From Geothrix sp. (GTDB lineage Bacteria > Acidobacteriota > Holophagae > Holophagales > Holophagaceae): DNA of 64,000 bases. The notes beneath the pieces are model-generated. The model was not told where the DNA came from. It saw nothing but the letters and a program-made list of their open reading frames with translations, and did no database searches. Shown piece after piece: positions 17,140 through 25,168 of the stretch. The translations under genes and the position numbers were made by a program. How positions within the stretch are numbered: position 1 is the first letter of the stretch; each line of letters begins with the position of its first letter. The DNA is taken from positions 14,597 to 78,596 of the forward strand of contig NZ_JBATQW010000070.1 of assembly GCF_049292215.1 (NCBI RefSeq), in the 5' to 3' direction.

Positions 17140-18931
17140 TCCGCACGAGGGAGCCTTGTTCCGCCGGCAGGATCTGGACAGAACCGCCATAGGCCTTCAT
17201 GAGCTGGCTGCAGTTGGGAAGGCCCTGCCCCGGCTTTCTGCCGGAGGTGGTGGCACCTCCCCGCAGATCCGTGAAGGGCTCGAAGGCCGTGGCAAGCAAG
17301 GCCGCATCAATGACGAATCCATCGTCCTCCACCTCCATCCGGAAGTGACCAGTCCCCCCCCAGGTCCTCAGGAGAATTCGCCTGGGCTGTCCCTGGAGCG
17401 CGTGGCCGATGAGCTGGTCGAGCAGTTCTGCGAAATCGGAATACACCCCGAAGATGAGATCCCTGGGGGCCTGGAAATTCAGTTCCACCGGCACGGCCTC
17501 GGGGAGCTTGGACTCTGCCCGGAGGAGTTCCAGCTCCTGACCCAGCAGATCGTGGAGATGAATCCATTCAGGGGCGTGGGCCTCACCCTGGCCCGCACGA
17601 CGGAGCAGTCCGCGGACCAGGCCGTCCACCTGGGTGACCGCATCCCGGATCTGCTGCATTGCCCGGTGGCACTCCACCCGGTCTCCCGGAGCCGGCAGGT
17701 CCGGACGGTCCATGAAGAGGGAGAGTGAGGTGCTCTCCTGCTTGAGCACGCTGACCGGGCCCAGGAGCCGCTGAGCCATGCTCATGAAAAGGGTTCCAAG
17801 AGCCGTCTTCTCGTTTTGGGCCCCCAGCGCCCGCTGGGCCTCTTTCAGGGCTTCATAGGCCGCCTCGAGTCCTTCGTAGCTGGTCCCGAGAGCCCGGCTG
17901 GTATCGGCCAGATGGGCGATGAGTCCCGCATTCTCCAGACTCACCTGCAGAATGCCGGCATGGAGGGCTGCCAGCTCAGTCTCGAACGGCAGGAAGGGTT
18001 GATCCGGACGATCGGCGGCCAGGAAGCCCCAGAGATGCTGGTCTCCCGATCTGCTGCGAAGGGGGAGCAGCATGGCCTGGGCCTTGGGAGACCAGAGCCC
18101 TAGGTCGATGCCCTGTTCCCAGGGGCCTGTCTGGCAGAGGTCGCTGCCGGTGAGGATCGTTCCGTCGGGAAGGCCGCTGGCCCACAGGATCAGAGGGTGC
18201 GTCGAAGGAATGACGGCTGTCTCCATGAGGCTGCCGGGCGTCTTCTCCAACCCCTCGAAGTAGGCCCCGCTGCCGTGAGACCGGTAGGATCTGAGGCGAT
18301 CGAGGTGGAGTTCCTCCTGGAGCTGACTCAGGACCCGGGACAGGATGTCCCTGTCGTTCACGATGGGAATGATCTCTTTGCTGAGGGACAGGAGGCGGGA
18401 GAGGTGATGGCTGCGCTGCTCCAGCTCGGACTGCGCCGCCAGAAGCTTCCTGTTGCCTTCCTGAGCTTCCTTCAGCTGCGTTTCCAGGTGTTCCACGACC
18501 TGCTGGCTGAACTGACGGAGGGCTGCGCCTTCCCTCCCCTGCTCAAGGTGGTCCCGCTGGCCGCCCAGGTAGGCTTCCACCTGGCCGACGAACAGGAAGG
18601 GGTCGATGGGTTTCGGGATGAACCCGTCGCAGCCCGTGACCAGGGCGGTCTCCCGGTCGCTCCGCATGGTCTTGGCGGTCAGGGCCACGATGAGCGTGGG
18701 GTCCATGCTGGTGTTCTGCCGGAGCTTGGTGGCCACCTCGAAGCCGGACAGGCCAGGCAGGTTGATGTCGAGCAGGATGAGCGCAGGCTTCAGCGCCAGG
18801 GCCAGGTCGCAGCCCTTGAGGCCATCCTCGGCCCAGTGCATCTCATAGCCGGCCTGGGACAGGAGGCGCTGAACCAGCCGCCAGTTCATGGGGTTGTCTT
18901 CAATGCAGAGGATGCGAGGGGCGTTGGTCAT
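17120..18931 (-). CDS. response-regulator receiver - GAF-like - degenerate histidine-kinase-like protein
   Basis: 603 aa. REC domain [11 protein letters not shown]...[13 protein letters not shown]...ALTAK. Central GAF-like region. C-terminal HATPase-like end ([20 protein letters not shown]). The H-box position reads [14 protein letters not shown], with no phospho-acceptor His where SHELRTP is expected. ATG overlaps the upstream kinase stop (ATGA 18928-18931). Confidence 0.7.
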   Translation of the reverse strand: MTNAPRILCIEDNPMNWRLVQRLLSQAGYEMHWAEDGLKGCDLALALKPALILLDINLPGLSGFEVATKLRQNTSMDPTLIVALTAKTMRSDRETALVTGCDGFIPKPIDPFLFVGQVEAYLGGQRDHLEQGREGAALRQFSQQVVEHLETQLKEAQEGNRKLLAAQSELEQRSHHLSRLLSLSKEIIPIVNDRDILSRVLSQLQEELHLDRLRSYRSHGSGAYFEGLEKTPGSLMETAVIPSTHPLILWASGLPDGTILTGSDLCQTGPWEQGIDLGLWSPKAQAMLLPLRSRSGDQHLWGFLAADRPDQPFLPFETELAALHAGILQVSLENAGLIAHLADTSRALGTSYEGLEAAYEALKEAQRALGAQNEKTALGTLFMSMAQRLLGPVSVLKQESTSLSLFMDRPDLPAPGDRVECHRAMQQIRDAVTQVDGLVRGLLRRAGQGEAHAPEWIHLHDLLGQELELLRAESKLPEAVPVELNFQAPRDLIFGVYSDFAELLDQLIGHALQGQPRRILLRTWGGTGHFRMEVEDDGFVIDAALLATAFEPFTDLRGGATTSGRKPGQGLPNCSQLMKAYGGSVQILPAEQGSLVRISLPME

Positions 18932-20598
18932 TGGCCTGCTCCTGCAGCCAGAGGCATCTCGACGACGAAGCTGCTGCCCTCGCCCTTGCGGCTGGTCGCG
19001 CTGATGCGCCCATGCATGAGGCTCATGAAGCGCTGACTGATGGCCAGGCCGAGACCGGTCCCGCCGAAGCGCCTCGTGATGCTCCCATCCACTTGCTGGA
19101 AAGGCTTGAAGAGGCGGTCCAATTCTTCGTCGCTCATCCCGATGCCGGAATCCTCGATGACAACCCGGAAGTTCCCTCCCACACAGCCCGCAGAGATTTG
19201 CACGGTGCCGGCCTCGGTGAACTTGATCGCATTCCCCGCCAGATTGGTGAAGACCTGCCGTAGCCGATCCCGGTCGCCCATGACCCGAATGTCCCCCTCT
19301 GGGGGTAGATACTTCAGGTCGATGGGGCGGCCCTTGACGAGGCCGACCGCCATGGCCCTGACTTCGTCGAGCAGTTGCACGGGATCGATCTCCTCCAACT
19401 CCAGTTCCATCTTGCCCGCCTCGATCTTGGAGAGGTCGAGGATCGAGTCGATGAGGTTGTGGAGGGCCCGTCCGTTCTGGTAGATGATCTGCAGGTCTTC
19501 CCGGGCCTCGGTCCCGAGTCGGCCCTGCGGATCCTGCAAGAGCATGCCCGAAAACCCGATGATGGAATTCAGGGGGGTGCGCAGCTCGTGGCTCATGTTG
19601 GCCAGGAACTCGTCCTTCAGTCGGTCGACCTCCTTCAGTTTCTGGTAGCTGACCAGCAGGTTGTCGTTGAGCTGGCGCAGTTCCTGGGTCTTCTCGTGGA
19701 CCTTCTCCTCCAGCGTGTTGGCCCAGGCCTTGAGCTCGGAACGGCTCTGCTCCAGTCCGCGGGTCCGGTCCTGCACCAGCTGTTCGAGGTTGGCCCGGAT
19801 CTCCTCCAGTTCCCAGATGGTCTCCATCAGCTGCCGGGTTCGCTCCTGGACACGGTATTCGAGCAGCCGGTTCTGGCGCTCGATCTCGTCCCTGGCGACC
19901 CGCAGCTTGTCCGTCATGACCTCGAAAGAGTGGCTGAGGTCCTGGATCTCATCCCGGGTGTAGACCTTGACCGAGACGGCTTCCAGGTTGCCCTGGGCGA
20001 CCTTCTGGGCCGCCTCCGTCAGCTGGATCACTGGAAGGAGGTAGCGGTTGGAGAGGAATACGGCCACGCCAATGCCCAGGATCAGGGTGACCAGGCCCAC
20101 GGCGAGGCTGGCCTTGATGTTCTCCCGAACCGCCCGCTGAGTCCCCTCCGTGGTGAACCCGATGATCAGGGTCCCCACCAGGTTGGCCCGGGGCTCTTCA
20201 TAAAACACCGGAGCCACCGCCACGAGCATGTTGTCTTCGCGCCGGGTGTAGGTATGGGAGATGCCATCCTTCAGGACCTGGCCCGCAGCCCAGTCCGGCG
20301 TGGTGGAGGTGCTGTCAAGGGACTCTCCGTTGGAGCCATACACGGCGCTGAACCTGAAGGAGGGGATGTTCTGGACGCCCTGGAGTACCTTCGTGATGTC
20401 CCGGCTGTTCCCGGTGCTGACCGCTGGCCCCAAGGCGTAGCTCGCCGTCTCGGCAACCTGGCGTGCGCTCAGTTCTGCCTGGGCTCGGATCTGATGCTCC
20501 ACCCACCGGGGGTAGTACAGCAGATTGAAGGCGATGAACGAGAGGACCAGAATGCTGATGACGGCACTCAGCTTGGTCTTGATGGAAATACGGTACAT
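18928..20598 (-). CDS. membrane sensor histidine kinase (2 TM, HAMP, coiled coil, HisKA, HATPase_c)
   Basis: 556 aa. TM segments near the N-terminus and at LAVGLVTLILGIGVAVFL. HAMP region. Canonical H-box FLANMSHELRTPLNSIIGF. G-boxes DSGIGM and GGTGLGLAISQ. Confidence 0.9.
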   Translation of the reverse strand: MYRISIKTKLSAVISILVLSFIAFNLLYYPRWVEHQIRAQAELSARQVAETASYALGPAVSTGNSRDITKVLQGVQNIPSFRFSAVYGSNGESLDSTSTTPDWAAGQVLKDGISHTYTRREDNMLVAVAPVFYEEPRANLVGTLIIGFTTEGTQRAVRENIKASLAVGLVTLILGIGVAVFLSNRYLLPVIQLTEAAQKVAQGNLEAVSVKVYTRDEIQDLSHSFEVMTDKLRVARDEIERQNRLLEYRVQERTRQLMETIWELEEIRANLEQLVQDRTRGLEQSRSELKAWANTLEEKVHEKTQELRQLNDNLLVSYQKLKEVDRLKDEFLANMSHELRTPLNSIIGFSGMLLQDPQGRLGTEAREDLQIIYQNGRALHNLIDSILDLSKIEAGKMELELEEIDPVQLLDEVRAMAVGLVKGRPIDLKYLPPEGDIRVMGDRDRLRQVFTNLAGNAIKFTEAGTVQISAGCVGGNFRVVIEDSGIGMSDEELDRLFKPFQQVDGSITRRFGGTGLGLAISQRFMSLMHGRISATSRKGEGSSFVVEMPLAAGAGQ

Positions 20599-20638
20599 GG
20601 AGGGGGGCCCGGGAACGGCTTCCAGCCTAGCAGTTGCC

Positions 20639-23185
20639 TTACAACTTGAAGAGGTTCACTTCCCGATTGAGCATGTGGACCTGGGCCCCGAGCTGCTCCA
20701 CCGCCCCGCTGGAGATTTCGATGGCCTTCTCGCTCTCGATGGCCTTGCCCAGCACCCGGTTCATGGTCTCCTTCAGCGAGACCACATGGTCCTCCTGGCG
20801 CGCCAGAATCTCGTGCAGGTTGCTGGCCAGGGCGCGCACCTGCTCGGTGGCCTTGGCAATCTCGTCGCTGCCGGTGCTCTGTTCCTTGGTCGAATCCCGG
20901 ACCACGGCCGTGGCCTGCTGGACATTCATGGCCAGGGACAGGATGTAGTTGCTGGTCTGCTGCTGTTCCTCGATGACCGACCGGATCGTTTCCACCTGGT
21001 TGTGGATGTTCCGGTTGGCCTCGTGGATCAGCGAGGCCTGGCCGGCCTGCTGGAGGGTCTCGCTGAGGATGCTCTCCACCACGCTGTCGGTCTCGCTGAC
21101 TGACTCAAGGATGGCCTGGAGGGCCTCTTGGCTCTGCCCGACGGACTCGGCCCCATCGCGGACGGCATCCAGGCCCAGTTCCACCTGCTGATAGGCCTTC
21201 CGGATCTCGGATTGGAGGGTTCCGATGATCTGCTGGATCTCCTGGGTGGAGCGGGCAGTCTGCTCCGAGAGCTGCTTGATCTCGTCGGCGACGACGGAGA
21301 AGCCCTTGGCCTGCCCGTCTCCCGTGCCCCCCTGGGACGCGATGATGGCGGCATTCAGGGCCAGCAGGTTGGTTTGCTGGGCATGGTCCCCGATGTAGTC
21401 GAGGATCTTGGCGATATCGGCTCCCAGCTGCAGCAGAGTCCGGGTGGTCCCGTGGAAATCCTGCACGACGCGCTCGATGACCTGGATCTTCTCCCGGTTC
21501 CGGGCCACCAGCTCCATGCCCCGGCCAGCGTTGTGGATCACCTTCTTGGTGTAGCGCTGGGCGATCTTGACGCTGTCGTCGATGGCCGAGGTGCTCTGCT
21601 CCAGGTTCTCCGCGAATTCCTTGGTGTGCTCTGCGTGCCCGGCCAGATGGTCGATGTTCTTGCCAACGTTCTTGATGGCCACATCGAAGTCCCGGATGGC
21701 GGAGGTGATGCCCTCCACGACCATCAGCAGCTCGTCCATGCTCTGGTTGATCTGCTGCACACTGGCGGCCATCTCCACGATGGTCGCGTTGGTGCTCTCC
21801 GAGGCGAGGCTCAGCTCCATGGAACTGGCGCTGATCCCGATGGAGGTGTCGGTCAGCTCGTTGATCTCCTGGTGGAAGGCCTCGATGAGCTCGCGCTGCC
21901 CCTTGTTCGAATGGCGGATGCCGTCGCCCGATTCCCGGATCTGGGCAGAGGCCTTGGCCAGGTCCCGGCTGGCGGACCGGATCTGGACCACCATGCCCCG
22001 CAGGCTGCCGACCATGTGCCCGAACCCCTGCACCAGGGCGGACACCTCGTCGTCGCTGTAGACCGGATCGAGCCGGTCGATGCGGCCCTCGCCGACCTGC
22101 TGGGTGTTGCGGCTCAGCAGTAGCAGCGGTTGCTGCACATCACGAAGGATCAGGGGGATGAAATACATCAGGAAGACGCCAGCGAGCACAAGGATGGCCA
22201 TGTTCGGTCGCAGGGCCCGCCAGATGGCGTCGGCATATTCCGCTTCGGGGATCACGGCCCGGAGCTCGGAACCATCCGGAAGGTTCTGACTGACGACGAT
22301 GTCCCCACCTCCGGCGGGTTGGATCTTGGAACCAAGGATGCCCCCGCCCCGGCCGGCGGGCAGGCGCAGGGATACGCCCCCACCCGCGCCCAGCTTCAGG
22401 GTGCTGAGGAAGGCGTCGAGATCTTCAGGCGTGGTGTTCATCTCCGACACGAACACCACGGAATCCGCGAGGTTCGCCAGTTCGTTGCCTGCGTAGCTCG
22501 CCACCTTGGTGCGGATGGACGACTGCAAGGTGAGACCCGACACGAGGATGGAGAGCAGCAGCACGCAGCCCGTGATGCCCAGGACGCCGAAGCCGAACTT
22601 GGCCCTGAGGCTGGTGGTGAAGCGCGCCAGGGAGTCCGAGAAGCCCGGCTGCCCGGCCAGGATCTTGAAGACCTTCATCAGGTTCCGTTTGGCCAGGAAG
22701 TACTGGCAGACCGCCCCCAGGGCTGCCAGCACCCCGAAGATGGCCATGGTGATGAAGCTCACCCAGAGGCTCTGCCCCAGGTAGAGCTTGACCCACAGGT
22801 AGGTCGCGAAGCACAGCCCCATGGCCAGCAGGAACAGCAGGAGGGAGGCGACCTGGGGGAAGCGGGTCAGGGTTCGATAGACGTCCGGACCCAGCGGTTG
22901 GTCCATCAGGACTCGCCCGAGATGCCGGAGGTGGAGCAGGGAACAGCCGGCCACCCCGACTAAAAGAGCTGCCGTGACCAGCAGCCCCTTGGCGCTGAGA
23001 CGGAAGCCCTGCGGGGCGGCCAGCAGGAACAGGACGGTCCCAACGAAGAAGCCGAGACCCCAGATGATCCAAATGCCCTGGCGGAGCCGACCGAGGATCA
23101 GCTCAGCATCGGCCCGGCCCAGACGGACGGGGGCCTCAAGCCTGAGTTCAGGCAGGGATCCAGAGATGGAATCGGGCTGCGCCAT
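20639..23185 (-). CDS. large polytopic methyl-accepting chemotaxis protein with atypical signalling tip
   Basis: 848 aa. About 6 predicted TM helices, a HAMP-like region and a long MCP signalling domain with [39 protein letters not shown]. The ATG at 23185 overlaps the rsmD 3' end by 38 nt. Confidence 0.85.
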   Translation of the reverse strand: MAQPDSISGSLPELRLEAPVRLGRADAELILGRLRQGIWIIWGLGFFVGTVLFLLAAPQGFRLSAKGLLVTAALLVGVAGCSLLHLRHLGRVLMDQPLGPDVYRTLTRFPQVASLLLFLLAMGLCFATYLWVKLYLGQSLWVSFITMAIFGVLAALGAVCQYFLAKRNLMKVFKILAGQPGFSDSLARFTTSLRAKFGFGVLGITGCVLLLSILVSGLTLQSSIRTKVASYAGNELANLADSVVFVSEMNTTPEDLDAFLSTLKLGAGGGVSLRLPAGRGGGILGSKIQPAGGGDIVVSQNLPDGSELRAVIPEAEYADAIWRALRPNMAILVLAGVFLMYFIPLILRDVQQPLLLLSRNTQQVGEGRIDRLDPVYSDDEVSALVQGFGHMVGSLRGMVVQIRSASRDLAKASAQIRESGDGIRHSNKGQRELIEAFHQEINELTDTSIGISASSMELSLASESTNATIVEMAASVQQINQSMDELLMVVEGITSAIRDFDVAIKNVGKNIDHLAGHAEHTKEFAENLEQSTSAIDDSVKIAQRYTKKVIHNAGRGMELVARNREKIQVIERVVQDFHGTTRTLLQLGADIAKILDYIGDHAQQTNLLALNAAIIASQGGTGDGQAKGFSVVADEIKQLSEQTARSTQEIQQIIGTLQSEIRKAYQQVELGLDAVRDGAESVGQSQEALQAILESVSETDSVVESILSETLQQAGQASLIHEANRNIHNQVETIRSVIEEQQQTSNYILSLAMNVQQATAVVRDSTKEQSTGSDEIAKATEQVRALASNLHEILARQEDHVVSLKETMNRVLGKAIESEKAIEISSGAVEQLGAQVHMLNREVNLFKL

Positions 23186-23678
23186 ACTCGCGTGTTTCGG
23201 CCAGGTTCCACCCGGGCTGTAATTCCAGCGTGGTCTTCCGGTCCGTTTCGAAGACCAGCACCCCCCGCGGGGCTACCCATGAGCGCAGTCGGCCGGCTTG
23301 CCGGGCCCACAAGGCGGCTCCCGTCTCGTATGGTGGATCCAGGAAGATCACGGCCTGATCCCGGAAGGCGTCTGCTTTCAGACGGTTCACATCTACCCGG
23401 AGGGCCTGCACCGGGGTTCCCGCGAGGTTCTTCCGGAGGCAGCTCCAGCCGGGTTCACCCGCTTCCACGCACACCACCGGCCCGTAGCCCCTGGAGTGGG
23501 CTTCAAGCCCCACGGCTCCCGTTCCCGCGCAGAGATCCAGGAAAGATCCCTGTTCCCAGCGCTGGAGGATGGAGAAGAGGGCCTCCCGGGCCCGGTCGGC
23601 CGTGGGCCTGACCTTGAGGTCCCCGGCCGGTGGCGCCACCAGGCGGCGTCCCTTCAGGGTTCCTGCGACCACCCGCAT
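23148..23678 (-). CDS. rsmD: 16S rRNA (guanine966-N2)-methyltransferase
   Basis: 176 aa. MRVVAGTLKGRRL, RPTADRAREALFSIL, LDLCAGTGAVGLEAHSRG and FLDPPY motifs. Confidence 0.9.
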   Translation of the reverse strand: MRVVAGTLKGRRLVAPPAGDLKVRPTADRAREALFSILQRWEQGSFLDLCAGTGAVGLEAHSRGYGPVVCVEAGEPGWSCLRKNLAGTPVQALRVDVNRLKADAFRDQAVIFLDPPYETGAALWARQAGRLRSWVAPRGVLVFETDRKTTLELQPGWNLAETREYGAARFHLWIPA

Positions 23679-23685
23679 GCAGGGA

Positions 23686-24687
23686 TCAGTAGGCCCAGCG
23701 GAGCAGCGTGGCGCCCCAGGTGAACCCGGCGCCGAAGGCGGCCAGTGCCACCAGATCGCCCTTGGCCATGCGCTTCTCCTCGAAGGCCTGGTGCAGGGCG
23801 GTGGGGATGGTGGCCGTGGTGGTGTTGGCGAAGCGGTCGATGTTCACCATCATCCTGGAAGGGTCGAGCTCCAGCCGCTTGGCCGCGGCGTCCATGATGC
23901 GGATGTTGGCCTGGTGCGGCACGAAGAGCTTGAGCTGGTCGCCGGTGAAGCCGTTCCGGTCCATCAGCAGCTTGCTGTTGTCGGCCATCTCCCGCACGGC
24001 GTTCTTGAAGACCTCGCTGCCGGCCTGGTGGATGTAGTGCTCCTTGGCCGCAACCGTCTCGGCCGTGGCGGGCTTCAGGGAACCGCCAGCCGGCATGTAG
24101 AGGAAGCAGCCGCCGGAGCCGTCCACCTTGTGCTCGAAGTCGAGGATGCCCAGGCCGTCCTCAACCCGCTCCACGATGGCCGCTCCTGCCCCGTCCCCGA
24201 ACAGCACCGAGGTGGCCCGGTCCTCCAGGTTGATGATGGTGGACATGATGTCCACGCCCACCACGCCCACCCGCTTGACGCCGCCAGCGGCCACCATGCT
24301 GGCGGCGGTGGTGAGGGCATACAGGAAACCCGAGCAGGCCGCGTTCAGGTCGAAACCGAAGGCTTTGGTGGCCCCCACCATGTGCTGGATTCGACAGGCC
24401 GTGGCGGGGAATAGGGTGTCCGGCGTCACCGTGGTGACCAGGATCAGGTCCAGCTCGGAAGCCTTGAGCCCACGGTTATCCAGGGCCATCTGGAGGGCTG
24501 GCGCCCCCAGCTCGGAGGCACCCACGCCGGGCTCGACCCAGCGGCGCTCACGGATGCCGGTGCGGGTCCGGATCCATTCATCATTGGTCGCCATGATCTT
24601 GGACAGATCGTCGTTGGTGACCACCCGAGGGGGGAAACACTGTCCAGTTCCGGTGATGCCAACGGGGGCGGCAAGGCGACGGTTCAA
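23686..24687 (-). CDS. fabH: beta-ketoacyl-ACP synthase III
   Basis: 333 aa. Active-site AACSGFLYAL (Cys), VPHQANIRI (His), FANTTTATIP (Asn). No other fab or acp genes adjacent. Confidence 0.9.
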   Translation of the reverse strand: MNRRLAAPVGITGTGQCFPPRVVTNDDLSKIMATNDEWIRTRTGIRERRWVEPGVGASELGAPALQMALDNRGLKASELDLILVTTVTPDTLFPATACRIQHMVGATKAFGFDLNAACSGFLYALTTAASMVAAGGVKRVGVVGVDIMSTIINLEDRATSVLFGDGAGAAIVERVEDGLGILDFEHKVDGSGGCFLYMPAGGSLKPATAETVAAKEHYIHQAGSEVFKNAVREMADNSKLLMDRNGFTGDQLKLFVPHQANIRIMDAAAKRLELDPSRMMVNIDRFANTTTATIPTALHQAFEEKRMAKGDLVALAAFGAGFTWGATLLRWAY

Positions 24688-24736
24688 GGGGCCTCCGGTA
24701 CGAAACAGCCATCATCGCACGAAGCCCTCCGCCCCG

Positions 24737-25168
24737 TCAGCGGTCGCCCCGGAAGCGCCGCAACATCGCGATGAGGCGGACCGGGTCCAGCACGCGGAGT
24801 TCCTGGCTCCCCAGCAGGAGCAGACCACTGCTCCAGCTGCTCACAGGGTCATTCTCATCAGTTTCGCGAAGGAGGGGATCGGACGCCTCGATCATCCCCA
24901 TCATCCGGTCGATGGGGATGGCCAGGCGGGGACGCAGCACGGCCATCGCCGTGGGGCTCCCCACCTGGTCCGGGCAGCCCGGGAGATCCTTCCAGGCCAG
25001 CACGGGCAGGAATTCGCCCTGGAAGATCACCACGCCCTGGATGCCCTGGGGTCGGCCCGGAAGGGGGGACACGGCTTCCATGGCCACCACCTCCCGGAGG
25101 TCCCGCGTGGAGAGGGCCAGGTCCATCCCGGAGGCCTGCACATGGAGCCAGGAGCCCTGCTCAGACAC
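24737..25168 (-). CDS. cheW: CheW-like coupling protein
   Basis: 143 aa. Single CheW domain pattern (LALSTRDLREVV...IQGVVIFQGEFLPVL...). Start overlaps the cheA stop by 8 nt. Confidence 0.8.
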   Translation of the reverse strand: MSEQGSWLHVQASGMDLALSTRDLREVVAMEAVSPLPGRPQGIQGVVIFQGEFLPVLAWKDLPGCPDQVGSPTAMAVLRPRLAIPIDRMMGMIEASDPLLRETDENDPVSSWSSGLLLLGSQELRVLDPVRLIAMLRRFRGDR

